DNA from: Vibrio alginolyticus NBRC 15630 = ATCC 17749
GTDB lineage: Bacteria; Pseudomonadota; Gammaproteobacteria; Enterobacterales; Vibrionaceae
Reading direction: 5' to 3'
DNA: 32,000 nucleotides
Assembly (NCBI RefSeq): GCF_000354175.2
Contig: NC_022349.1
Location: forward strand, 1,620,001-1,652,000
The translations under genes were made by a program, and so were the position numbers. Every line of letters begins with the position of its first letter. The stretch's first letter is position 1. The notes beneath the pieces were generated by a model. The model ran no database searches, was not told the DNA's origin, and saw only the letters and a program-made list of their open reading frames with translations. Below are positions 1-9,657 of this stretch, one piece after another.

Positions 1-397
1 ACGACTCTTCACCGGTTACGTAAAGCGTTGGCATTTGCGCAGATAAACTACACATGGTTTGCAACAGAAGGGTTGATTTACCAGCGCCAGGGTTACCACC
101 AATCAAAATTGCGGCACCTGGCACAACACCACCACCCAATACGCGGTCAAGCTCTTTAAACCCACTGGTGAAGCGAGGTACTTCTTGCAGATCAATTTCG
201 GATAGCGTTTGAACCGTTGCTTCTGTTGCGGAACCAGCGTAGCCACTTAAGCGTTCGTTGCGAGCAACGGTTGGCGATGCAGCGATACGTACTTCTGTTA
301 TCGTATTCCATGCACCACATGCGTTACACTGCCCCTGCCAACGGGGAAAGTCCGCGCCACAATCATTACAAACATACGCTCGTTTTGCTTTCGCCAT
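1..397 (-). CDS. radA: DNA repair protein RadA/Sms, N-terminal part (3' end lies beyond the left window edge)
   Basis: Absent from the ORF track because it has no in-window stop. Reverse complement from the ATG (complement of 395-397) reads MAKAKRAYVCNDCGADFPRWQGQCNACGAWNTITEV...GGNPGAGKSTLLLQ. That gives a CxxC...CxxC zinc finger followed by a Walker A motif, as in RadA. serB lies nearby, as in E. coli. Confidence 0.9.
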   Translation of the reverse strand, partial: MAKAKRAYVCNDCGADFPRWQGQCNACGAWNTITEVRIAASPTVARNERLSGYAGSATEATVQTLSEIDLQEVPRFTSGFKELDRVLGGGVVPGAAILIGGNPGAGKSTLLLQTMCSLSAQMPTLYVTGEES

Positions 398-533
398 GAT
401 GCCTCAATTTTTTCTACAAATGTGACTAAGCACAGCCAAGTCAGACCTGAACTGAAATGAACTATTGATATACTTAAGTATTACTTCGCTTAGCCGATAC
501 AATTTAAAGTAACGACATACTCTAACAGAAATA

Positions 534-2882
534 ATGCAGCAATCTGAAATTCTCTCGCTCGCAGAACGACTCATTCCCGTTTACGGTACGAATGACTTTG
601 ACTTTGTCCTTGGCCAACTGACCGAGGAAGAGCCGCCTTCGGCCAAAATTTTGGTTAAAATGGAACTTAACCGCTTAATGGCTCCATGCAAAAAAAGTAT
701 TGATTTGCGAGGTCGCGTTCAAGGCGAATGTCGCGAGTATATTTTGGATGGTATTCCACATTGGTTGGATGATGTTGCTTTCAACGCTTACCATAAAAAC
801 ATCAAAAAGTTTGGCTGCTACACGGAAGGAATGTGGGAAGCATTGGTCAACACGCGAAATAACTTTCGCGTAATGAGCAAGCGCCTTACTCAGCAAAAAA
901 CGCAATCGTTAACGGATCCTAAAAGCCCGTTCTTAGCAGAACCCGTTCACCTAGGCTACGATTTAAAGCGCCAAGAAAAACGCTTGAAAGTCCAATCTCA
1001 AGTTGAAATTTGCCGTTCTAAAGGACAGCTTCTTCATGGATTAAGCATTGATTTATCTAGCTCTGGCGCAAAGTTCAAAGTCCCTAGCGCATTTAAATAT
1101 AACCTTGGGGAAATTATTCAGGTCACGTTTACTGAATTTGCCAGCAAATCTAACGTTGCAGGTATAGAGAAACCGCTTGCATACCGCATACTCGCGGTTG
1201 ATGACTGTTACGAAAATGACTCAGTTCGATACCTCAGAACCATACGCTTAACTGATACCAATGTCGTCACCAGAGTGATAGATGAAGCGCTCAACAGTGC
1301 TGTTAAAAGGGCTCGTCACGACAATCAAGACAAGATTATTCGAGCTCGAACTCGCGGTTATGAGCACATCGCACTAAAGCACACCAGCAGCTTGCCTCTA
1401 TTCTTTGATGGTAGTGACCTAAAATTAGCAATGTTAACGCCAAACAATCAAAAGCTTTGGCAATACTGGCACGATGAGAGAAACCAGCAAATGTTTGGTT
1501 CCTTATTCAACGAGCAACGCATCGCGTCACTCATTAAGCCTGGTGTTAAAGGAACAACCAATGTCCTTTATTCATTTACTCACGAGCACGAGAATCGAAC
1601 CTATTTCTATTCGATGTTTCGCCCAGAAGCAACTCGCGAACAGCGCCAGCTATTTTGGCATTTAGGTGGCAAACGAGAGAGTTGGCGCGCCTTTAGAATT
1701 TCAATCTTTGAACTATCAGAGCAAGAACAGGAAGACCTAGCAGCATTCTCTCCAGAGTTGGCAGAAACGTCTCAATCACTGACCCATATTGGTATTTTGC
1801 AAGAAATTGCTGACGAAAAGTCAGGGCAGGATTACCTGCTAACTGAAAAGCCGCGCTTACCCGCTAATACATTAAACGCGTTTCGCCATCCGAGAAGAGT
1901 TATCGGCAATCCAAAGGGCATTTATTTTGATGCAAAGTCTCGTCGAAAAGAGCCTCGTTATCGTTTTAAAACACCTTTAGAGTTGTACTCAGGACAGACT
2001 AAAACAGGCGGCAGTACTGTTGACCTTTCCAAACGAGGACTCGGAATTAGGCTAAGTGAGCCCACGATGTTACGTTCTGGGCAAGAGGTAAGAATCAACT
2101 TTCGAGAATTACAACTCTACGATAAAAAATTGCCGTTAATGTCGGTGCCATACCGAGTAATTCGTGTAAGCCCAGACGGTTGTAGCGTGCAGCTAGTTAT
2201 TGATGAAAGCAGCCAAACCATGAAGGTAATCGCTTTTTTCAACAGCATTATCGAGCACAATCAAGACAAGCTAATCCCGCAAAAAGAGACGCTACCAAGT
2301 AATGCTCTACTTGAAAGGCTACACTGCATGTTGCTCTCGCGTACGCTGAGCACGCCCATTTTTATCAGTAAGAGTACGTCATCTTCAATCAAAACCCCCG
2401 TTATCGGGGTGAACTTGCCGCTACCTAAACACATTGAGCTTTTTGCCCGTCTTGGGCATGACCAACTGTTGTCACTTGAACCTATCTTTAAAGGCCGGAC
2501 AAGCACATTAATCGCAGAGCCAATAAAACGTGTAGAAGGTGCTCAAGCCAGACATCAGGATATCTACATAAGCGCCGCAAAAGTAGGCAATAAAATTACA
2601 GGCATTGAGTCAAAGCTTCATCAAGAGTTCAACAGCGTAAAAGAGCGGATTCAATTTATAAAGAAAGCGCGAATGATGGGTGACTTTTACGTGCTTCGCC
2701 TTTCTACTGCACCAATTTTCGATCCGATGACATCATTACTGCAACAAGATTTAAGTGACTTAACCCAATTTGGTGTACATCAAGCGAGCAAGTTAGAAAA
2801 AGAGTTGACGGCGCTCGTTGGTTACAGTGAATTTGAAGACATTACTGAAGAGGTTGTAATTAGATTGGAGTTAACCGAGTAA
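534..2882 (+). CDS. Large cytoplasmic protein with two PilZ (c-di-GMP receptor) domains
   Basis: 782-aa ORF. Two complete PilZ signatures (RxxxR plus DxSxxG) are readable. The first is RQEKR (nt 969-983) with DLSSSG (nt 1050-1067). The second is RKEPR (nt 1944-1958) with DLSKRG (nt 2022-2039). I recognise no motif in the rest of the protein. Its position between radA and serB matches my recollection of V. cholerae PlzC (VC2344), which I cannot verify here. Confidence 0.85.
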   Translation: MQQSEILSLAERLIPVYGTNDFDFVLGQLTEEEPPSAKILVKMELNRLMAPCKKSIDLRGRVQGECREYILDGIPHWLDDVAFNAYHKNIKKFGCYTEGMWEALVNTRNNFRVMSKRLTQQKTQSLTDPKSPFLAEPVHLGYDLKRQEKRLKVQSQVEICRSKGQLLHGLSIDLSSSGAKFKVPSAFKYNLGEIIQVTFTEFASKSNVAGIEKPLAYRILAVDDCYENDSVRYLRTIRLTDTNVVTRVIDEALNSAVKRARHDNQDKIIRARTRGYEHIALKHTSSLPLFFDGSDLKLAMLTPNNQKLWQYWHDERNQQMFGSLFNEQRIASLIKPGVKGTTNVLYSFTHEHENRTYFYSMFRPEATREQRQLFWHLGGKRESWRAFRISIFELSEQEQEDLAAFSPELAETSQSLTHIGILQEIADEKSGQDYLLTEKPRLPANTLNAFRHPRRVIGNPKGIYFDAKSRRKEPRYRFKTPLELYSGQTKTGGSTVDLSKRGLGIRLSEPTMLRSGQEVRINFRELQLYDKKLPLMSVPYRVIRVSPDGCSVQLVIDESSQTMKVIAFFNSIIEHNQDKLIPQKETLPSNALLERLHCMLLSRTLSTPIFISKSTSSSIKTPVIGVNLPLPKHIELFARLGHDQLLSLEPIFKGRTSTLIAEPIKRVEGAQARHQDIYISAAKVGNKITGIESKLHQEFNSVKERIQFIKKARMMGDFYVLRLSTAPIFDPMTSLLQQDLSDLTQFGVHQASKLEKELTALVGYSEFEDITEEVVIRLELTE

Positions 2883-2903
2883 ATTCAAAGTCATACCAAA
2901 TTG

Positions 2904-2936
2904 AAAAAAAAACACCGCCTTTCTGGCGGTGTTTTT
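2904..2936. terminator. Bidirectional rho-independent terminator between the PilZ gene and serB
   Basis: Stem AACACCGCC, loop tttct, stem GGCGGTGTT. An A-run (2904-2912) precedes it and a T-run (to 2936) follows. It sits between two convergent stop codons. Confidence 0.8.
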
Positions 2937-2946
2937 GAATGGATGG

Positions 2947-3927
2947 TTAAGGTTTAGCTTTCCAGCTGACCTTTTGCTGCTTCACCAATGCGCCAGATAA
3001 AATACAGAGCACACCGCCCAACCCAGCAAAGCGAATCGCAGATTGCGCTTGAGCTTCCACTTTTGGTTTTGCGTGATACGCAATCCCTAAGCCCGCCACC
3101 GACATCATCACAAGATCATTAGCGCCATCACCGACAGCGACCGTGTTGTGTTGCTCAATTTCATATTCATCCGCCAATTCCACTAGAATGTCTGACTTCA
3201 TCTGCGCCGTTACCACGTCGCCAAGTACGTTACCCGTGAGTTTGCCGTCAATAATTTCTAATTGATTGGAACGAGCAAAATCTAGGTCGACTTTATCTTT
3301 GATGTAATCAGAGAAGTAAGTAAAACCACCTGAGGCAATCGCTGTTTTCCAGCCCAAGGCTTTCAACGTCGCAATTAGCGCTTCAAAGTCCGGCATGAAT
3401 GGTAACTGGGAACGAACTTGTTCAAGAATTGATTCATCGGCACCTTTGAGCTTACCAACTCGCTGACGTAAACTTTGCTCAAAATCCAGCTCACCTTGCA
3501 TGGCACGTTCAGTGACTTCAGCGACCTCATCCCCTACTCCTGCCAGTTTCGCGATTTCATCAATACACTCTATCTGGATCGCCGTTGAATCCATATCAAA
3601 TACAATCAACCCTTGGGTTGATAGATCGGGCACTTCATTAAGCGAGGCGTAATCTAGGTTGAGACTTTGTAAGATCGTTTCATGTTGAGGAGTCAACTCT
3701 CCGGCCATCAGGGCTACTTCATATTGGCCAACTTTCCACGTTTCTAGTATCGGGTTGTAAAAGCCGGTGAAGAAATCAATGTCTTCGAAGTGACTTGGCG
3801 AAAGGTACTCAGCAAATACGATCCAGTTTGCTTTTGCTTTATCTAATTGGGAGGCAAATCGAGTCTCGGGTAATCGTTTTAAAAGTGTCGTATGTTTTCT
3901 GATAGGCAAGCTTTTTGACGCGTCCAT
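2947..3927 (-). CDS. serB: Phosphoserine phosphatase
   Basis: 326 aa. HAD motif FDMDSTAIQIECIDEIAKLAG, then GELDF, ASGGF and GDGANDL. It is nearly colinear with E. coli SerB as I remember it. Confidence 0.95.
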   Translation of the reverse strand: MDASKSLPIRKHTTLLKRLPETRFASQLDKAKANWIVFAEYLSPSHFEDIDFFTGFYNPILETWKVGQYEVALMAGELTPQHETILQSLNLDYASLNEVPDLSTQGLIVFDMDSTAIQIECIDEIAKLAGVGDEVAEVTERAMQGELDFEQSLRQRVGKLKGADESILEQVRSQLPFMPDFEALIATLKALGWKTAIASGGFTYFSDYIKDKVDLDFARSNQLEIIDGKLTGNVLGDVVTAQMKSDILVELADEYEIEQHNTVAVGDGANDLVMMSVAGLGIAYHAKPKVEAQAQSAIRFAGLGGVLCILSGALVKQQKVSWKAKP

Positions 3928-4018
3928 GTATATAATCCCTTATGACTTTGCTAAAACGTTACCTCAACAAACTAAAAAGGCAAGTCTTTGTTTTATTTTA
4001 AATGGATGAGTAAAGAGC

Positions 4019-4624
4019 ATGAGTGAATCTTTGTTCTCAGTAAGGAATGCCCTAAGAATTCTGGCACTAATCCTGCTGTGTGTGATGTTGTTTATCACAA
4101 TAAAAAACAGTGTTGTGATCAGTAAGGGTAATGAGAAAATTCAAGCACAACAGCTTGAAACACTCACCAAAGTTTTGATTTCACAGGCGTCTCTTTCTGC
4201 CAGTGAGATGATTTTAACTAAAGATCAAGAACGATTACTTCAGCTAACAAACCAGCTAGCACAAGACCGTTTAGTGTTTGATGCAACAATCTACGATGCA
4301 CAGGGTGTACGTTTAGCGTCTAGTGAAGAGGCATTATCGGTACGCGAAGTTCTTGGCCTGGATACGCCTTTGGCAACAGCTTCCATTGGTCGCCAGCAGT
4401 TGGTTGAACCAGTGTTTGCAGATGGTGCGCTTATCGGTTTTGTTCGCGTGACCTTTGAGACGGGCCGGGTGACGGCTATTTCTGACCACCACTATCGCAA
4501 GAGCGATCGTTATATGTACATGATGGTCTTAATGAGCTTTGTCTGTGGCATGTTGTTCATCTTGATTTTACGTCGACAACCGATACGTCGTAAAAAAGCG
4601 CCAAACCTGCTGCTAACCAAGTAA
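4019..4624 (+). CDS. ytjB: AhpA/YtjB (Smp) family membrane protein
   Basis: 201 aa with an N-terminal TM segment (ILALILLCVMLFITI) and a C-terminal TM segment (MMVLMSFVCGMLFILIL) followed by a basic tail. It is divergent from serB, the same architecture and position as E. coli ytjB. Confidence 0.75.
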   Translation: MSESLFSVRNALRILALILLCVMLFITIKNSVVISKGNEKIQAQQLETLTKVLISQASLSASEMILTKDQERLLQLTNQLAQDRLVFDATIYDAQGVRLASSEEALSVREVLGLDTPLATASIGRQQLVEPVFADGALIGFVRVTFETGRVTAISDHHYRKSDRYMYMMVLMSFVCGMLFILILRRQPIRRKKAPNLLLTK

Positions 4625-4647
4625 CTAGGTAGCGCTAACAACTCATA

Positions 4648-4681
4648 TAAAAACAGCCCGCAATGTGCGGGCTGTTTTTTT
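4648..4681. terminator. Bidirectional terminator between ytjB and deoD
   Basis: Stem CAGCCCGCA (4654-4662), loop aat, stem TGCGGGCTG (4666-4674). It is flanked by an A-run and T7. Confidence 0.8.
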
Positions 4682-4719
4682 AGCTCTTGAGAGCGAAAAA
4701 TAGAATGACTCTTCGTCGC

Positions 4720-5439
4720 TTACTCTTCGTCACCAAGCAATACTGAATCTAGTGCAATTAGCATCATGTCGTTGAATGTCGTTTGACGCTCGTCAGATGT
4801 AGTCTGTTCGCCAGTCTTGATATGATCAGAAACCGTACAGATTGTCAGAGCTTTTGCACCGTATTCTGCCGCAACACCGTAAATACCAGCCGCTTCCATT
4901 TCAACACCAACAATGCCGTACTTGTCCATTACATCGAACATTTCTGGATCTGGCGTGTAGAAAAGCTCTGCTGAGAATAGGTTACCAACTTTAACGTCAA
5001 TACCGCGAGCTTTTGCAGCGTCTTCTGCCGCACGAACCATGTTGTAGTCTGCGATTGCCGCGAAGTCATGACCTTTAAAGCGGATACGGTTCACTTTAGA
5101 GTCAGTACATGCACCCATGCCGATCACAACATCACGCACTTTGATGTCTTCATTCACTGCGCCACAGCTGCCAACACGGATGATTTTCTTCACGCCGAAG
5201 TCTTTGATTAGTTCAGTCGCGTAAATCGAGCATGATGGGATACCCATACCGTGGCCCATTACCGAGATCTTACGGCCTTTGTATGTACCTGTGTAACCAA
5301 ACATATTACGAACGTCACACACTTGAACGACATCTTCAAGGAAAGTCTCTGCGATGTATTTTGCACGTAGTGGATCACCAGGCATCAGTACGACGTCTGC
5401 AAATGCACCCATTTCAGCATTGATATGTGGAGTTGCCAT
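4720..5439 (-). CDS. deoD: Purine nucleoside phosphorylase DeoD type
   Basis: 239 aa beginning [36 protein letters not shown], near-identical in pattern to E. coli DeoD. It is the last gene of the deoCABD order. Confidence 0.97.
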   Translation of the reverse strand: MATPHINAEMGAFADVVLMPGDPLRAKYIAETFLEDVVQVCDVRNMFGYTGTYKGRKISVMGHGMGIPSCSIYATELIKDFGVKKIIRVGSCGAVNEDIKVRDVVIGMGACTDSKVNRIRFKGHDFAAIADYNMVRAAEDAAKARGIDVKVGNLFSAELFYTPDPEMFDVMDKYGIVGVEMEAAGIYGVAAEYGAKALTICTVSDHIKTGEQTTSDERQTTFNDMMLIALDSVLLGDEE

Positions 5440-5537
5440 TTTCTTTTCCTTAACCTTTCTCTAGCGCTCCGCGCTTAAGGCGATATAAGCCAGAGTATTC
5501 TCATTTCCGACAAGCAGCATTTACATACTGCAAACAT

Positions 5538-5567
5538 AAAACTAGGAGCAATCAAGCTCCTAGTTTT
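5538..5567 (-). terminator. Intra-operon terminator-like hairpin between deoB and deoD
   Basis: Stem AAAACTAGGAGC, loop aatcaa, stem GCTCCTAGTTTT. On the mRNA (minus) strand the 12-bp stem is followed by UUUUAUGUUU. It lies in the 143-bp deoB-deoD spacer. Confidence 0.55.
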
Positions 5568-5582
5568 CAAAAACCTAACTAA

Positions 5583-6803
5583 TTATAGGAAGTTCTTACC
5601 GTAATCCATTGGAGAAGTACCGAAGTAACTTGCCAATGTTTGACCGATATCTGCGAATGTTTCGCGGCGGCCAAGAGAACCAGCTGGTACTTTTTGACCA
5701 TAAACCAATACTGGGATGTGCTCACGAGTATGGTCAGTGCCTGGCCATGTTGGGTCACAGCCGTGGTCTGCCGTTAGGATAAGCACATCGTCTTCTTCCA
5801 TAATCTCTAGCACTTCGTTGATGCGACCATCGAAGTACTCAAGTGCCGCCGCGTAACCCGCTACGTCACGACGGTGACCGTAAGCTGAGTCGAAGTCTAC
5901 AAAGTTAGTGAATACGATCGTGTTGTCGCCCGCTTCTTTGATTTGCTCTAGCGTTGCTTCGAACAATGCAGGGATACCTGTCGCTTTCACTTTCTTAGTG
6001 ATGCCGCAGTTTGCGTAGATATCAGCAATCTTACCAATAGAAACCACGTTGCCTTGCTTCTCATCAACGAGCTTCTGAAGAACCGTTGCTGATGGTGGCT
6101 CTACAGAAAGATCACGACGGTTACCTGTACGCTCAAATTGACCTTTACCAGCACCAACGAATGGGCGCGCGATAACACGACCAATGTTGTAATCTTCTAG
6201 CTCTTCACGTGCGATTTGGCAAAGCTCTAGTAGACGGTCTAGACCGAAAGTCTCTTCGTGACATGCGATTTGAAATACAGAGTCAGCAGACGTGTAGAAG
6301 ATTGGTTTGCCAGTCTTCATGTGCTCTTCACCAAGATCGTCAAGAACTTGAGTACCAGATGCGTGGCAGTTACCCAGGAAACCGTCAAGACCTGCACGCT
6401 CAAGAATGCGGTCAGTCAATTCTTTCGGGAAGCTGTTTGCTTTGTCAGTGAAGTAACCCCAGTCAAACAAAACAGGAACACCTGCGATTTCCCAGTGACC
6501 AGACGGCGTGTCTTTACCTGAAGAAAGCTCTGCTGCATGACCGTATGCACCAATGATTTCAGCGTCTGCGTCTAGTCCAGGTGCGAAGCGACCTGTCGAT
6601 TCTTTATGCGCCATTGCCAAACCAAGTTTCGATAGATTTGGAAGGCGAAGTGCACCTTGGCGATTGTCGTTATCTGCTAAGCCTTTTTCACATTGGTCAG
6701 CGATGTGACCTAGTGTGTCTGAACCTACATCACCAAATTCTTTAGCATCGGCAGTTGCACCGATACCGAATGAGTCTAGTACTAAAATAAATGCTCTTTT
6801 CAT
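5583..6803 (-). CDS. deoB: Phosphopentomutase
   Basis: 406 aa beginning [20 protein letters not shown], with ADHGCDPTW later. This is the typical DeoB sequence and operon position. Confidence 0.97.
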   Translation of the reverse strand: MKRAFILVLDSFGIGATADAKEFGDVGSDTLGHIADQCEKGLADNDNRQGALRLPNLSKLGLAMAHKESTGRFAPGLDADAEIIGAYGHAAELSSGKDTPSGHWEIAGVPVLFDWGYFTDKANSFPKELTDRILERAGLDGFLGNCHASGTQVLDDLGEEHMKTGKPIFYTSADSVFQIACHEETFGLDRLLELCQIAREELEDYNIGRVIARPFVGAGKGQFERTGNRRDLSVEPPSATVLQKLVDEKQGNVVSIGKIADIYANCGITKKVKATGIPALFEATLEQIKEAGDNTIVFTNFVDFDSAYGHRRDVAGYAAALEYFDGRINEVLEIMEEDDVLILTADHGCDPTWPGTDHTREHIPVLVYGQKVPAGSLGRRETFADIGQTLASYFGTSPMDYGKNFL

Positions 6804-6868
6804 TGCTCGTTCCTTAGGCCCACTCGGCTTTTTATTATGGTTGAGTAGGCCTTGTGTAATTACTTGTT

Positions 6869-8200
6869 CTATTGGATATCTTCTGCACGAATTTGGCGGT
6901 AAACCTCTGGAGTTGGTGTGTATTCACCACCTACTTTGATTGCACTGCGCAGTGCTTTTGCCGCTTCTTCCCATTGCTCTTCAGTGCGAGCGTGGATAAC
7001 CGCAAGAGGTTTATCACTGTCTGCGACCTCACCTAGGCGGATGAACTCGTCGAAACCAACTGCGTAGTCGATTTCATCAGTAGCAACTCGACGACCACCA
7101 CCCATAGCAACCACAGCCATGCCGATAGCACGTGTATCCATTGCAGAGACAATGCCCGTTTCTGTTGCGTAAACTGGCTTGATGATTTCTGCTTTTTCTA
7201 AGTAGTTGTCGTAGTTTTCTACGAAGTCCGCAGGACCGCCTAAGCCAGCAACCATCTTGCCGAAGCACTCAGCCGCTTTGCCGTTATCCAGCACTTCCAT
7301 CAGTTTTGCGCGTGCGTCTTCTGTGTTCTCAGCAAGCTTGCCAAGTACTAACATTTCAGCACATGAAGCCATGGTCACTTCAAGTAGACGAGGGTTACGG
7401 TATTCACCCGTTAAGAAACGAACCGCTTCACGAACTTCCACTGCGTTACCCGCTGAAGACGCCAATACTTGGTTCATGTCCGTAAGAATTGCCGTAGTCT
7501 TAGTGCCAGCACCGTTTGCTACCGCAACGATTGATTTTGCTAGCTCTTCAGACGCTTCGTAAGTTGGCATAAATGCACCTGAACCCACTTTTACGTCCAT
7601 CACTAGCGATTCCAGACCCGCCGCCAGTTTCTTAGAAAGGATCGACGCCGTAATCAGGGAGATATTGTCTACCGTTGCGGTAATATCACGAGTCGCGTAA
7701 ACACGCTTATCCGCAGGAGCAAGGTCACCAGTTTGACCGATGATCGCCACACCAGCGTCTTTGGTTACTTGACCAAAAACATCGTTGCTCGGCGTAATGT
7801 TGTAACCAGGGATAGATTCAAGTTTATCCAGCGTACCGCCTGTATGACCAAGACCGCGGCCAGAGATCATAGGTACGAAACCGCCACACGCTGCCACCAT
7901 TGGGCCAAGCATTAAAGAAGTTACGTCACCCACACCACCGGTTGAGTGTTTGTCGACAATTGGACCACCGAAGTTCATGTGGCTCCAGTCGATAACCATG
8001 CCCGAATCACGCATTGCACACGTTAAGGCGATGCGCTCATCCATGGTCATTTCATTAAAGAAAATCGTCATAGCAAACGCCGCAATCTGACCTTCAGATA
8101 CCGTGTTGTTCGCTACGCCTTGAATAAAGAAGTTGATTTCGTCTGCGGTAAGTACTTCACCGTCACGTTTTTTACGAATGATTTCTTGTGGTAAATACAT
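6869..8200 (-). CDS. deoA: Thymidine phosphorylase
   Basis: 443 aa beginning [17 protein letters not shown], then [11 protein letters not shown] and [16 protein letters not shown]. These are DeoA signatures. Confidence 0.97.
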   Translation of the reverse strand: MYLPQEIIRKKRDGEVLTADEINFFIQGVANNTVSEGQIAAFAMTIFFNEMTMDERIALTCAMRDSGMVIDWSHMNFGGPIVDKHSTGGVGDVTSLMLGPMVAACGGFVPMISGRGLGHTGGTLDKLESIPGYNITPSNDVFGQVTKDAGVAIIGQTGDLAPADKRVYATRDITATVDNISLITASILSKKLAAGLESLVMDVKVGSGAFMPTYEASEELAKSIVAVANGAGTKTTAILTDMNQVLASSAGNAVEVREAVRFLTGEYRNPRLLEVTMASCAEMLVLGKLAENTEDARAKLMEVLDNGKAAECFGKMVAGLGGPADFVENYDNYLEKAEIIKPVYATETGIVSAMDTRAIGMAVVAMGGGRRVATDEIDYAVGFDEFIRLGEVADSDKPLAVIHARTEEQWEEAAKALRSAIKVGGEYTPTPEVYRQIRAEDIQ

Positions 8201-8253
8201 TAGTGCCTCCCAAGCTCTTTTGAGCCATGGTTGTAGTAGGATAGAAGAGGTTT

Positions 8254-8277
8254 GGTAGCACCCGTTTAGGTGCTACC
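8254..8277 (-). other. Intercistronic stem-loop between deoC and deoA
   Basis: Perfect 9-bp stem GGTAGCACC, loop cgttta, GGTGCTACC. No U-tract follows on the mRNA strand, so it is more likely a processing or stability element than a terminator. Confidence 0.4.
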
Positions 8278-8297
8278 GTTCAGACGTATTATTGGAA

Positions 8298-9074
8298 TTA
8301 GTACGCTGTTGGATCAGCGACGTCGTCCGATACTTCTAATGTATTTAGTAGGTTGGTTAGCAGGCTAGACGCACCAAAACGGTAGTGACGAGCATCAACC
8401 CAGTTGTCACCTAGGATTTCGTCAGCCATTGCTAGGTATGCTGCTGCGTCTTCAGCAGTGCGCACACCACCTGCTGGTTTGAAACCAACAGTTTCTGCAA
8501 CACCCATGTCGCGAATAACTTCAAGCATCATGCGAGCGTATTCTGGTGTTGCGTTTACTGGCACTTTACCAGTTGAAGTTTTAATGAAGTCAGCACCTGC
8601 TTCAATACAGATTTGAGATGCTTTCTTGATTAGTGCTTCTTCTTTTAGTTCACCTGTTTCGATGATCACTTTAAGAAGAATGTCACCACAAGCTTCTTTA
8701 CATTGCTTAACTAGTTCGAAGCCTACTTTCTCATCACCCGCCATTAGCGCGCGGTAAGGAAAAACTACGTCAACTTCGTCTGCACCGTAAGCAACCGCCG
8801 CTTTTGTTTCAGCAACTGCGATTTCAATGTCGTCGTTACCATGTGGGAAGTTCGTTACTGTTGCAATACGAACCTCTGGCGTACCTTGCTCACGAAGTGT
8901 CTTCTTAGCAATAGGAATAAAGCGAGGGTAAATACAAATTGCAGCTGTGTTGCCTACTGCTGTTTTCGCGTCATGACATAGTGAGATCACTTTTGCATCA
9001 GTGTCATCGTCATTCAACGTAGTTAGGTCCATAAGTTTAAGTGCACGTAGCGCTGCTGCTTTTAAATCGCTCAT
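8298..9074 (-). CDS. deoC: Deoxyribose-phosphate aldolase
   Basis: 258 aa beginning [26 protein letters not shown], then FIKTSTGK (Schiff-base lysine context). It is the first gene of the deo cluster. Confidence 0.97.
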   Translation of the reverse strand: MSDLKAAALRALKLMDLTTLNDDDTDAKVISLCHDAKTAVGNTAAICIYPRFIPIAKKTLREQGTPEVRIATVTNFPHGNDDIEIAVAETKAAVAYGADEVDVVFPYRALMAGDEKVGFELVKQCKEACGDILLKVIIETGELKEEALIKKASQICIEAGADFIKTSTGKVPVNATPEYARMMLEVIRDMGVAETVGFKPAGGVRTAEDAAAYLAMADEILGDNWVDARHYRFGASSLLTNLLNTLEVSDDVADPTAY

Positions 9075-9574
9075 TTCTATCTCCGATCAATATTCAAAAA
9101 ATTCACTACTCAGCCTTACATCACGTCTTTAACTATAATCAACAAGTCGAGACAATGTGAGTAAATGGCTAAACAGTCTATTAATGAACGGACTTGGTTC
9201 CCTGAAGACTCGGCATATACAGCGAAAATTTATCATATGCCAATTGCTATCCTTGTCACCGCACAGTACCAGTTTGGCCTATGGCACAACAATCTATGAT
9301 TGCGGTGTCTTTAATATCACATCACAAAGCAAAACGCCTATTAGATCTGATATTGCAGGGCAATTCATTTGCCCATCGATTATGTAATATTCATTACGTG
9401 ATTAAGAATCAAGCTTAACCACTATCCTGTGATTAATACATTATAGAGTTTCACCGCAAAACTGTAGCACCAAATAGAGCGCAAACGGTTTGTATCTCAA
9501 AATTTCCTAGCCCCTATTCCATTGACTGCGTAATACCTCGACTAAGGCAAACACCCGATGAAATTTTGGAGCCC

Positions 9575-9618
9575 GAAAAACGAAAAATGCCCCGCAGCAA
9601 TCTCTTGCTACAGGGCAT
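9575..9618 (-). terminator. Rho-independent terminator of nupC
   Basis: On the minus strand: stem AUGCCCUGUAGCAA, loop gaga, stem UUGCUGCGGGGCAU (two G-U pairs), followed by UUUUUCGUUUUUC. It starts 40 nt after the nupC stop. Confidence 0.75.
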
Positions 9619-9657
9619 GATGTAAAACGGCGTCTATATATTAAGAACCGATTCTAA

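Noticed and set aside
217-399. 60-aa plus-strand ORF at the left edge
   Set aside because: It lies entirely antisense to the clearly recognisable radA N-terminus (zinc finger plus Walker A). It has no SD and an odd composition.
9157-9387. 76-aa plus-strand ORF in the deoC-nupC intergenic region
   Set aside because: It has a GTG start and no SD, no recognisable motif, and it sits in the AT-rich control region of the deo cluster. It is most likely a chance ORF, though the region itself is flagged as a finding.
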